A program made the position numbers and the translations under genes. The notes beneath the pieces are model-generated. The model had not been told where the DNA came from. It ran no database searches and was given only the letters and a program-made list of their open reading frames with translations. A DNA stretch of 49,361 nt. It comes from Lactobacillus sp. UBA5815. GTDB taxonomy: Bacteria > Bacillota > Bacilli > Lactobacillales > Lactobacillaceae. The stretch covers positions 1-49,361 of the forward strand of contig DICX01000058.1 in NCBI GenBank assembly GCA_002417825.1, in the 5' to 3' direction. This document shows, piece by piece, positions 19,743 through 28,782 of this stretch; positions within the stretch are counted from its first letter, which is position 1; the number at the start of each line of letters is the position of its first letter.

Positions 19743-21074
19743 TTACAGCTTGCCTAAGATCGAATGCTGCAAAGTTGGGAAGAGATAAATCAGTTGATTG
19801 ATCTGATCTTTCGTCATCTTGAACTGGATCAACGGCAAAAGTTGGTTGACAATGTCTTCTGCGCGGTCACTGACATTGACGACACCTGTCAAATGATGCT
19901 CATGATCAAAAATCAATGTGTTCTTGGCAATCTTTTCACGATCTACTTGCCAATACCAATCTTTCGTCAAGTCTTCTTCTGAAATCAAATCATGATTTTC
20001 TTGAGCTTCCTTTTTAGTGACGCCAACTTGAGCAATTCGTGGCGATGTGAAAACAACTTTTGGCATCACTGGATAGACGATTGGCGCTTGCGTTTCACCA
20101 ATGAAAGACTTCGTTAAATAATTTGATTCAAATGCAGCGGCTGGTGTCGATTGTGGCGCGGATTTTTTCAAAACGTCGCCACTTGCATAAATACCAGCAA
20201 CACTCGTTTGCAAGTGATCATCAACGATGATGCCATGTGCATCGTACTTGACCCCAATTTTTTCCAAACCGATGCCTTCTGTATTTGGAATACGTCCACT
20301 TGCATCAAGAACCCAATCTGTCGTCAGCGTCTTACCATCGGCATAATGAACGAGCGTTTCATCACCCTCCTGGCTCAACGAAGCGACACGTGCATTGGCA
20401 ACGAACGTCACGCCTCTATCTTCCAAATCTTTGACGACGATGTCAACTGCTTGCGGATCAAATTGACGCAAGGCACGATCGCCATGCATCAAGATCGTCA
20501 CGTCAGCACCTGCGGCATTAGCCATCGTGGCGAATTCCATACTGATGTATCCAGCACCAATGATCGCGATCCGTTCAGGCAGCGTTTGAAGTGCCATAAA
20601 ATCTCTGCTGTCATGTGCAAGCTCATCCCCTGGGATATTGAGACGATGCGGACGCAAGCCGGTTGCAATCACGATTTTTGCGGCCGTTTTAGGTTTTCCA
20701 TCAACGAGAATCGTATGGGCATCCTGAAATTCACCTTTACCATGAATCAAATCGATGCCTGCATCCTTCATCGTCGCCCCGATCATTTGCGGCAATGCTT
20801 CAATGACTTCTTGCTTATGCAAGTAATTTTGATGCCAATCGATCTTTGCCTCACCTGGAACGATAGCACTCAACCGTTCTTGCAGTCTTTGCAAAACGAC
20901 TGGTGCATCGAGCGTGATCTTGGCGTTACAGCCATAATTCGGGCAAGTGCCTCCAATCATATCTGCTTCGATGACACCAACGCGCTGACCACTTTTTGCC
21001 AATGGGATCGCACCATCAAAAGTACCATGTCCACTACCTAAATATAAAACATCATAGTCATATGCTGCTGCCAT
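19743..21074 (-). CDS. Class I pyridine nucleotide-disulfide oxidoreductase (glutathione reductase-like)
   Basis: GSGHG, redox motif GGTCPNYGC, GAGYISME and ASGDV; start MAAAY at 21074 (SD AAGGAG). Confidence 0.88.
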   Translation of the reverse strand: MAAAYDYDVLYLGSGHGTFDGAIPLAKSGQRVGVIEADMIGGTCPNYGCNAKITLDAPVVLQRLQERLSAIVPGEAKIDWHQNYLHKQEVIEALPQMIGATMKDAGIDLIHGKGEFQDAHTILVDGKPKTAAKIVIATGLRPHRLNIPGDELAHDSRDFMALQTLPERIAIIGAGYISMEFATMANAAGADVTILMHGDRALRQFDPQAVDIVVKDLEDRGVTFVANARVASLSQEGDETLVHYADGKTLTTDWVLDASGRIPNTEGIGLEKIGVKYDAHGIIVDDHLQTSVAGIYASGDVLKKSAPQSTPAAAFESNYLTKSFIGETQAPIVYPVMPKVVFTSPRIAQVGVTKKEAQENHDLISEEDLTKDWYWQVDREKIAKNTLIFDHEHHLTGVVNVSDRAEDIVNQLLPLIQFKMTKDQINQLIYLFPTLQHSILGKL

Positions 21075-21307
21075 ATTTGTTCTCCTTTTTTTATGAATCA
21101 GGATCAATCCTGCTAATTTTTAGTATACAGAACGCTTTACGTAAAATGAAATTTTTGGCTTATGGTGCTCGGCATCACTTATTTAGTGAAAAAGTTAATT
21201 CAAAGCAGACAAAGTGGCACTCTCCTAGTTTTAAAAATCGCGCCGTATGAACCGATTTACGTTACAATAAATGTATCGAATTTAAGGAATGAAAAGAAGG
21301 TATCGAA

Positions 21308-22231
21308 ATGAAACAAGGAACGACGATCATCACTTTGAATAATGGTTATCACCTTTGGACAAACACGCAAGGACAAGGCGATATTCACCTGCTGTGCCTG
21401 CACGGTGGACCTGGCGGTAATCATGAATATTGGGAAGACACGGCTGATCAGCTTGAAAAGCAGGGGCTTCACGTTCAAGTCCACATGTACGATCAATTAG
21501 GATCGCTTTATTCTGACCAACCTGATTATTCTGATCCTGATATCGCTAAAAAATATTTGACATATGACTATTTCTTGGAAGAGGTCGAAGAAGTCCGTCA
21601 AAAATTAGGGCTCGATCATTTCTATTTGATCGGTCAAAGCTGGGGCGGCTTGCTGGTCCAAGAATATGCGGTCAAATACGGCCAACACTTGAAAGGCGCC
21701 ATCATCTCTTCAATGGTCGATGAAATCGATGAATATGTTGCCAGCGTCAATGCACGCCGAAATGAAGTCCTCTCTTCTGAAGAAGTGGCTTTCATGAAAG
21801 ATTGCGAAGCACACAACGATTACGACAATGCACGCTATCAAAAAGACGTTCAAGTTTTGAACGTCAATTTCGTTGATCGTAAGCAACCTTCCAAACTGTA
21901 TCACTTGAAAGACATTGGTGGTTCCCAAGTCTATCATGCGTTCCAAGGTGACAATGAATTCGTGATCACTGGCAAACTCAAAAACTGGCATTTTCGCTCT
22001 CAACTGCCTAAGATCAAAGTCCCAACGCTATTGACGTTTGGCGAACACGAAACGATGCCGTTAGCCACCGCAAAAACAATGGCCGGCTTGATTCCAAACG
22101 CCAAATTGGTCACGACACCTGAAGGCGGTCATCACCATATGGTTGATAATCCAGATGTTTATTATCATCACTTGGCAGACTTCATTCGTGAAGTCGAAGC
22201 TGGAACTTTCAATTCACAGCCAACAAAATGA
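21308..22231 (+). CDS. pepR: Prolinase / proline-specific peptidase (S33)
   Basis: HGGPGG, GQSWGG and GGHHHM motifs; N-terminus typical of lactobacillus PepR. Confidence 0.9.
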   Translation: MKQGTTIITLNNGYHLWTNTQGQGDIHLLCLHGGPGGNHEYWEDTADQLEKQGLHVQVHMYDQLGSLYSDQPDYSDPDIAKKYLTYDYFLEEVEEVRQKLGLDHFYLIGQSWGGLLVQEYAVKYGQHLKGAIISSMVDEIDEYVASVNARRNEVLSSEEVAFMKDCEAHNDYDNARYQKDVQVLNVNFVDRKQPSKLYHLKDIGGSQVYHAFQGDNEFVITGKLKNWHFRSQLPKIKVPTLLTFGEHETMPLATAKTMAGLIPNAKLVTTPEGGHHHMVDNPDVYYHHLADFIREVEAGTFNSQPTK

Positions 22232-22235
22232 TGAT

Positions 22236-22273
22236 AAAAAAAGCTTTATGGCGTTTTGCCATAAAGCTTTTTT
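22236..22273. terminator. Bidirectional intrinsic terminator (pepR/efp)
   Basis: AAAAAAAGCTTTATGGC-gttt-TGCCATAAAGCTTTTTT. Confidence 0.9.
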
Positions 22274-22283
22274 GCTTGTCACT

Positions 22284-22844
22284 TTAAGCTCTTGATTTGT
22301 AAGTGCCCTCTGCCGTATTGATGATCAAAGTATCCCCGACATTAATGAAGTCAGGAACGGTCACGACCAATCCTGTCTCCATCGTTGCGGGCTTGCCACC
22401 ACCTGCTGCCGTCGCACCCTTGATCTCTGGCTGCGTTTGGGTGACTTTCATCGTCACCGTTGCAGGCAATTCGATACCGATCAATTCCCCATCATCTGTA
22501 AATTCCAATTGAACTTCGATGTTAGGAATCAAATAATTCCGTTCATCTTCAATTTGGTCACGGCTGACTTCATATTGTTCATAAGTCGTGGTGTCCATGA
22601 AATAATAAGTTTCATTTTCGTTATACAGATACTGAGCTTCTTTTTTAGCGACATCGACCAGATCGACTTTTTCACTTGGACGCATCGTCTTGTGAACGAC
22701 AGCGCCGCTACGAACGTCACGTAAATCCATCTGCATCACTGTGTTGCCTTTGCCAGGCTTGTGATGATTAGACGCTAAAACGCGGATCAACTTACCGTCT
22801 TGTGTGAAAATCATACCTTTTTTCAAATCTATTGCTTGTACCAT
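22284..22844 (-). CDS. efp: Translation elongation factor P
   Basis: HKPGKG loop, YFMDTTTYEQ and KPATMETGLVVTVPDFI. Confidence 0.95.
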   Translation of the reverse strand: MVQAIDLKKGMIFTQDGKLIRVLASNHHKPGKGNTVMQMDLRDVRSGAVVHKTMRPSEKVDLVDVAKKEAQYLYNENETYYFMDTTTYEQYEVSRDQIEDERNYLIPNIEVQLEFTDDGELIGIELPATVTMKVTQTQPEIKGATAAGGGKPATMETGLVVTVPDFINVGDTLIINTAEGTYKSRA

Positions 22845-22848
22845 GCCA

Positions 22849-22935
22849 TCAACCTCTTCTTTTTTTGTTTATTTCGACCAACTCATCAACAACAAAAAAA
22901 GATGGTGGCAGTGCGAACCCTCTGACCAAAATCAT
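22849..22935 (-). CDS. Putative efp leader peptide containing Pro-Pro (28 aa, MILVRGFALPPSFFVVDELVEINKKRRG)
   Basis: SD AAAGGAG 6 nt before ATG 22935. CCA CCA at 22908-22903. Its last codons overlap the efp SD, and its stop ends 4 nt before the efp ATG. Confidence 0.7.
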   Translation of the reverse strand: MILVRGFALPPSFFVVDELVEINKKRRG

Positions 22936-22961
22936 GTCGTTCTCCTTTACACATCGTTTCA

Positions 22962-22990
22962 AGTATACCGAAAAACTAGTCGCGACGCAA
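22962..22990 (-). promoter_or_regulatory. Sigma-A promoter for leader-efp
   Basis: TTGCGT-N17-TATACT on the minus strand, overlapping the coaA 3' end. Confidence 0.55.
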
Positions 22991-23896
22991 AGCGATCGCA
23001 TCGACATGATGATTTTGGGCTTTATGCAAGATCAGATTGGCACGTGATTTCGTCGGTGCGATGTTCTCACGCAAGTTGACCAAATTTGTCATTTGCCACG
23101 TCTCCCGAGCCAAGCGTAAAGCGTGTTCACGTGGCCCGTTTGCCCACTCATAGTAAAAATTATCCGGATGGTTTTTATTTAGATCAAGCAGCTTTTCGAA
23201 ACGGTGCATGAACCACGTTTCAATCAAATCTTCATCTGCATCCAAATAGATCGAAAAATCAAAGAAATCGGAAGCGATGACATCGTGTTTAGCCGAAAGT
23301 TGCAACACATTGATCCCTTCGATGATCAGCAGATCAGGTCTTTCAACATGCCCATAAGCATTCGGAACGATATCTGACAAGGCTTGCGAATACAATGGAT
23401 AAACGACGTCCGGCTTGCCACGCTTGACATCTGTCAAAAATGAAGCTAAAAGTGACATGTCATACGATTCAGGAAATCCTTTGCGATCCATGAGGCGCTG
23501 CCGCTTCAATTCTCGATTTGGATATAAAAAACCATCCGTCGTCATCAGTGCGACCTTCAAATCCGGGTAAGCCCGTTGCAACAGCAGTTGAAGCAATCGT
23601 GCTGTCGTCGATTTTCCGACCGCGACAGACCCCGTGATACTGATGATGAACGGCGCAGGTGATTCCTGAGTCTTATGCAGAAAAGCAGCTTGCTTTTGCT
23701 GAAGTTCACGTTTCTGATGAAACGAGAGCATCAAATAACGGACGAGCGGTGCATAGACTTCGCGGACATCGTCTAAATCCACACGATCGCCTAATGATGC
23801 GACCTTTTGGAGCTCATCTGCCATGATTTCGGGCTGATCTGCGGTCAGCTTTGCCCATTCAACACGTTTGATCGTTTTAAAAAGCGTCATTTGCAT
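22976..23896 (-). CDS. coaA: Type I pantothenate kinase
   Basis: GSVAVGKSTTAR, TTDGFL, RKGFPESYD and IIEGINVLQ. Confidence 0.95.
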   Translation of the reverse strand: MQMTLFKTIKRVEWAKLTADQPEIMADELQKVASLGDRVDLDDVREVYAPLVRYLMLSFHQKRELQQKQAAFLHKTQESPAPFIISITGSVAVGKSTTARLLQLLLQRAYPDLKVALMTTDGFLYPNRELKRQRLMDRKGFPESYDMSLLASFLTDVKRGKPDVVYPLYSQALSDIVPNAYGHVERPDLLIIEGINVLQLSAKHDVIASDFFDFSIYLDADEDLIETWFMHRFEKLLDLNKNHPDNFYYEWANGPREHALRLARETWQMTNLVNLRENIAPTKSRANLILHKAQNHHVDAIALRRD

Positions 23897-24007
23897 TCCT
23901 TCAATCTACTCTCACTAATTTCACTTCTCGTTTTGTTCCCTGTGTTCTGGCTTGACGTCTTACATGATTCAAGACTATTCTTAACGATTAAGAAAGGATG
24001 ATCGATT

Positions 24008-24562
24008 ATGACGAACATTATATTATTCGGCGATTCGATTTTAGCCGGTTATCGATCTGGACACGAAACCGCTTTGATCACCAACGCCTGCAATAAAACT
24101 GGATTAGGTCATTTTGTAAATGCTTCTTTGCCTGGTGCAACGACGCTAGAAGCATTGGACCTTTGGCAAAAACGTGTCACTTCACAGGCAGACTGTGTCA
24201 TCGTCGCTTTCGGAACAAATGATTGCAGCGCAATCTATGGCATTCCTCCTGAAGCCTACACACACAATCTGACTTCATTAGTTCAACAAATCGGCTGTCA
24301 GCGCGTCCGTTTGATCGGTCCATCAGCAGTCGATCCTAAGCGTGCGCCAGATCACACTTGGGAAAGAACTCATCGATTCAATGAGATTGCGAAAAAAGTG
24401 GCTTATGACAATAAGCTGCCTTTTCTAGATCTTATCGCAAAAATGCCGATTGCCAAATTAGACCTGCTCCTGCAAAATGACGGCATTCACTATACGGATG
24501 TAGGAAATGCACTTTTAGTCAAAAATTTAAGTGATTTGGTCCAGCAAAACCGTCCAGCTTAA
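24008..24562 (+). CDS. SGNH/GDSL hydrolase
   Basis: FGDSI, PGATT, FGTND and DGIH blocks. Confidence 0.88.
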   Translation: MTNIILFGDSILAGYRSGHETALITNACNKTGLGHFVNASLPGATTLEALDLWQKRVTSQADCVIVAFGTNDCSAIYGIPPEAYTHNLTSLVQQIGCQRVRLIGPSAVDPKRAPDHTWERTHRFNEIAKKVAYDNKLPFLDLIAKMPIAKLDLLLQNDGIHYTDVGNALLVKNLSDLVQQNRPA

Positions 24563-25185
24563 CTGATTCGACGCAACAGACGTTTAAGCGGCAGGACGAT
24601 GATGGGCGTCAAGATTGCCGTAAAGATGGCCTCGCTCACTCCGTTGAGACCTAATGCTGCCATCAAGATCAAAATCAATGGCTGACCCGCAGAAAAATGG
24701 CCAAGATGAGAAGCCAACGTCGCAGAATTCCTTGCAAAAAAAAGACTCGTCAGCACGATGACTAAAATCGTATTGCTCAAGCTGGCGCTCAATCCAGAGA
24801 GCAACCAAACCCAGCTGGGATGATTTTGACGATGGCTGAACGCTTGCGAGATGAGTCCTGGGAAAAAGCCTGCAGCGATACGCGGAACTAGACAAATAAC
24901 AGGATTTTGGAACAGCATCAAACTAACGATATCTCCTGGTTGTGTATAAGCCATGAATAAACTCGTCAGCCCCCAGAGCAGCCCGAATCCTGCACCTGGT
25001 TTAGCTCCCATCAAAGCGCCATAAACCGCGACGGTTAATGGAATCGTCGTGATTGCAGGCAATGTCGGAAGGATTTGAACATAGCCAATGTTCGGGATAA
25101 AACTTTGAAGTAGTAAAATCGCAAAAAAGATTGCAGTGATCGTTAATCGGCGAGTTTTGGTCGCCACATTCGTTTCAGGTGTCAT
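24559..25185 (-). CDS. ECF transporter S component, probably pantothenate (PanT-like)
   Basis: IPNIGY..., NPVICLVPRI and SNTILV motifs typical of PanT-like S components; close to coaA. Start MTPET at 25185. Confidence 0.75.
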   Translation of the reverse strand: MTPETNVATKTRRLTITAIFFAILLLQSFIPNIGYVQILPTLPAITTIPLTVAVYGALMGAKPGAGFGLLWGLTSLFMAYTQPGDIVSLMLFQNPVICLVPRIAAGFFPGLISQAFSHRQNHPSWVWLLSGLSASLSNTILVIVLTSLFFARNSATLASHLGHFSAGQPLILILMAALGLNGVSEAIFTAILTPIIVLPLKRLLRRIS

Positions 25186-25383
25186 AAAAATCCTCTTGAT
25201 CAAAATATTAAATTTTATAAAACGTTCAGGGCAAAGCTTAATCAAGTACCAATACCCTTTTCAGGCCCTTATTATAGCAGATTATGAAAATAACCACAAC
25301 TTAAAAGTGAATCGCTGCCATTTTTTCTTATCTTAAATAAAAGTTTGAATTCAGTATTTGAATATTTTATTCATACTCACAAT

Positions 25384-25421
25384 AAAACACCCTTATCACA
25401 ACTTCGTGATAAGGGTGTTTT
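25384..25421 (-). terminator. Intrinsic terminator after helD
   Basis: AAAACACCCTTATCAC-aacttc-GTGATAAGGGTGTTTT. Confidence 0.85.
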
Positions 25422-25437
25422 ACTTTAGTCCGATCGA

Positions 25438-27750
25438 TCAAAAAGTTTTGGCCTCATAAGTTTTCGGTTTCAAACGTAATAATGGGCTTAACTGATCAGT
25501 ATAAACAAGATCTAATCGGTACATCGCACGTGAAGCAATCGTATACATCAACTGTGTCTCATCTTGACGATGATAGGTTGCTGCATTCGTTTCCCATAAA
25601 ATAACCGCATCGAATTCCAATCCTTTGGCTAAATAAGACGGCAAGATCAAATCACCTTCGACGAGCCGTTGATTGGCGCTTCCGATCAGTGTCGTCTTAA
25701 CACCTTGCTGTTTCAAATCTGCAAAAAGACGTTTGGCACTTGCTAAATCTTTCGTGATGATGGCACTTGTCAAATGCGCCGCATCATTACGCTGCAGCAA
25801 ATGGCGAACACCATCGCGTTCATGCGCCTCATCTTGACAAGCATAAATACCTGGCAAAGGACCTGGACGATCAAAGGCTTCGATCTTCTCGCCTTGCCGT
25901 AGGATCTGTTTCGTGAAAGCAGTGATCGGCTTCGTTGACCGATAAGATTTCGTGAGTTGGACAACGTCCGTTTTATCTGGGTCGAATAAAGTTGAAATCT
26001 GATTAAGCAGCGTCTTGCTTTGATCTTTCGTGAAGATTGCCTGATTCAAATCTCCCAGCATCGTGAATTTTGCTCGTGGGAAATTGTATTTAAGATAAGC
26101 CAATTGGTATGGCGTATAGTCTTGAATCTCATCGATGAACGCGTACCGCATCTCCCACTCTGTCCGGCGTCCTGTGACTAAGTCATAAAGATAAAGATAT
26201 GGCGAAACATCTGACATCTTGATCTGACGGGCTTTGAATCCTTCTTTGACACGTGCTGTGTCAGCTTCCCAAGAAGTGTCATCGATCCCCCACTTGGATA
26301 GATCGATCATCTGCGGTACAGCTTGAAGAAAGCGAAGGTATTGCAGCCGCGTGTTCAAGAACTGATGCTGGTTGATGCGCCGATTGATCGGTTTCAATGC
26401 CTTGACGACGAGCTTTCGTGACAAGAAATGTGTTTCTTTATCGCTAGATTCAAATTCTTGATCTGGTCGATCGTACAATTTCAGCAAGTCTTCCTGACTC
26501 AAAGATTCAAGTTCACGACTCACCCATGCTTTCCGCGTCTCAGGCTCGATTTTATGATTGAGCCACGTGATCAAACTTTCTTTTGTCGCGGACATCCGAT
26601 TCGCTAAATCATAATTTTGATTGAAACTATAGTAAAGGTCATGAATCTTGGACTTGCTCAAGAATGGTTTTTTAGCCTCTTTGAAGTAGAGGTCTTTGAA
26701 CGCAACACCACTTTGATTAAGGTGAGCAGCATAGCGTGAGGTCAATTTAAAAAATGCCAATGAATTTTTGAATGTTGCGACCGCATCATCGACGTCTGGA
26801 TCCTCAAACTGCTCGAAAAGCGTTTGAACCCTTAATCCAGGAACACGCCGTGCCACGAATTGCCAATAAGTCATTTGAACCATGTTCTGCTCGCCCATTT
26901 CAGGCAAGACGTTCTCAACGTAATCGTTGAATAACTGGTTGGGACTGAACATGATCACGTTTCCCGAAGTCAAGTTGCCACGGTAGCGATACAACAAATA
27001 AGCGATTCGTTGCAGAATCGCACTCGTCTTACCAGATCCGGCAGCGCCTTGAACGAAAAGCAATTCCGATTTTGTGTTGCGGATGATCTTGTTTTGTTCC
27101 CGCTGAATCGTTGCGACGATCGTTTTCATCTGTGTCGAAGCATGCTCATTCAAAACTTGAACCAGCATTTGATCGCCAATCGACTCATTCGTGTCGAACA
27201 TGTTTACGATTTTGCCGCTTTCGATAACGAACTGGCGTTTTTTCGTCATGTCAACGGTCTGAATACCGTCCGGTGCATTGTAAGAAACCTTGCCCAACTT
27301 ACCATCGTAATAAATGGATGAAATCGGAGCCCGCCAATCATAGATCAAGAAATGATCATTTTGATCTGCAAATGACCCCAATCCGATATAAATCGTTTCT
27401 GGTGCATCTTCATTTGGGTCTCTAAAATCCACTCGTGCAAAATATGGTTTCTTGACGAGTCGATTCAGCGTCTGCCACGCTTTTGCCCGATGCTGCCAAG
27501 CATTTTGCCGTTCGGCTAAAAGTTGCTGCTGCTGCCGGATTGAAAGTGCTGTTTCCATCGAAGTCGCATAATCATCGTAATCCAATTTGACGTCATCAAA
27601 GAAATGCGCATTCAGCGCTTTGGCTTCATGCCGCGTTGTTTTGATCGACTGCTTCAAAGTCGTCATCTGCGTTTTGATCTTATCGATCACAAACGTCAAA
27701 TGCTGCTGTTCTTTTTGTTTTTCAGATAATTTTTTGACCAAACGAAACAC
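25438..27750 (-). CDS. helD: RNA polymerase recycling motor ATPase HelD
   Basis: KPYFARVDF, DWRAPISSIYY, QGAAGSGKT, DEIQD and KGLEFD. A TTG start at 27741 (SD AGGTG) is plausible. Confidence 0.92.
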   Translation of the reverse strand: MFRLVKKLSEKQKEQQHLTFVIDKIKTQMTTLKQSIKTTRHEAKALNAHFFDDVKLDYDDYATSMETALSIRQQQQLLAERQNAWQHRAKAWQTLNRLVKKPYFARVDFRDPNEDAPETIYIGLGSFADQNDHFLIYDWRAPISSIYYDGKLGKVSYNAPDGIQTVDMTKKRQFVIESGKIVNMFDTNESIGDQMLVQVLNEHASTQMKTIVATIQREQNKIIRNTKSELLFVQGAAGSGKTSAILQRIAYLLYRYRGNLTSGNVIMFSPNQLFNDYVENVLPEMGEQNMVQMTYWQFVARRVPGLRVQTLFEQFEDPDVDDAVATFKNSLAFFKLTSRYAAHLNQSGVAFKDLYFKEAKKPFLSKSKIHDLYYSFNQNYDLANRMSATKESLITWLNHKIEPETRKAWVSRELESLSQEDLLKLYDRPDQEFESSDKETHFLSRKLVVKALKPINRRINQHQFLNTRLQYLRFLQAVPQMIDLSKWGIDDTSWEADTARVKEGFKARQIKMSDVSPYLYLYDLVTGRRTEWEMRYAFIDEIQDYTPYQLAYLKYNFPRAKFTMLGDLNQAIFTKDQSKTLLNQISTLFDPDKTDVVQLTKSYRSTKPITAFTKQILRQGEKIEAFDRPGPLPGIYACQDEAHERDGVRHLLQRNDAAHLTSAIITKDLASAKRLFADLKQQGVKTTLIGSANQRLVEGDLILPSYLAKGLEFDAVILWETNAATYHRQDETQLMYTIASRAMYRLDLVYTDQLSPLLRLKPKTYEAKTF

Positions 27751-27838
27751 CTATTTCTATTTTCGTACCCTAAAAGCTTTTTAATATTTTATCACGAAAT
27801 GACTTTCAGTTCGACTTAAGTGCTCCTAAATCATAAAA

Positions 27839-27997
27839 TCAACGGTGAAAATGACGACGCAAAACGGGCAGCCAGAAAACCATGAGATAACCAACGCCCA
27901 TACCAACGAAAGTCCACACCATGATGTTTTTGAGAATCAAGCCGATCACCAATCCTAAAAGTGTCCAAAGGCCTAGTCGTATCGAACGTTTAGACAT
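27839..27997 (-). CDS. Small membrane protein, 52 aa (MSKRSIRLGLWTLLGLVIGLILKNIMVWTFVGMGVGYLMVFWLPVLRRHFHR)
   Basis: Below the ORF-track cut-off. SD GAAAGGA, two Gly-rich hydrophobic helices, basic ends. Confidence 0.7.
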   Translation of the reverse strand: MSKRSIRLGLWTLLGLVIGLILKNIMVWTFVGMGVGYLMVFWLPVLRRHFHR

Positions 27998-28084
27998 CGC
28001 TTTCTTCCTTTCAAAATCCTTTATTCACGTTTCTTTTTACTCTATCATAGAGTATGTTGAAATAAAAACGAAGGGACAACTGAA

Positions 28085-28741
28085 ATGAAAGAAATCTATC
28101 TCGTCCGTCATGGCAGAACTTATATCAACCGTTACAATAAAATGCAAGGCTGGTGTGACACGCCACTGACACAAGAAGGCATCGATGGGGCTAAAAAAGT
28201 CGCTGAAGCTTTAAAAGACGTTCCATTCGACATTGCAATCTCAAGCGATACGAAACGTGCCAGTGACACATGTGAGATCATCATGGCAAAAAATCGCTGT
28301 CATCAAGAACTTCAACATATCACGTCGCCTTTTTTCCGCGAACAATTTTATGGCTTTTTCGAAGGGATGAATTCGGACGAGGCATGGCGAATGATCGCAG
28401 GCCCGCATGGCTGCCAGGGACTAAAAGACCTTCTTGACCATTACACGATCAATGAGATCAAGGACATGATCCATGAATCAGATCCCTTTCATCAAGCCGA
28501 AGATGCCAAAACTTATTGGCAACGGCTCGATCGCGGTCTCGATATGATCGCCCAACTCGATGGTGCGGACAAAGTTCTTCTCGTGACACATGGGTTCACG
28601 ATTCGCAGTTTAGTAGCTCGTTTCGGAAAAGATAAATTCGACGTCAAGACGAGTCCGCGAAATGCTTCGATCACAATGATGCAGATGAGCGGTAAATCAA
28701 TCACGATCAAAGCTTATAATCAATTGACACTCACAGATTAA
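28085..28741 (+). CDS. Histidine phosphatase family protein
   Basis: LVRHGRT, SSDTKRA, REQFYG and VTHG motifs. Confidence 0.9.
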   Translation: MKEIYLVRHGRTYINRYNKMQGWCDTPLTQEGIDGAKKVAEALKDVPFDIAISSDTKRASDTCEIIMAKNRCHQELQHITSPFFREQFYGFFEGMNSDEAWRMIAGPHGCQGLKDLLDHYTINEIKDMIHESDPFHQAEDAKTYWQRLDRGLDMIAQLDGADKVLLVTHGFTIRSLVARFGKDKFDVKTSPRNASITMMQMSGKSITIKAYNQLTLTD

Positions 28742-28770
28742 AAAAGCTTCTCTAAAAGAGAAGCTTTTTT
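28740..28770. terminator. Bidirectional intrinsic terminator
   Basis: AAAAAAGCTTCTC-taaaa-GAGAAGCTTTTT. Confidence 0.85.
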
Positions 28771-28782
28771 AGTCCGATCATT

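Noticed and set aside
20151-21041. 296-aa plus-strand ORF
   Set aside because: Lies fully antisense to the disulfide oxidoreductase and has no recognisable motifs; a shadow ORF.
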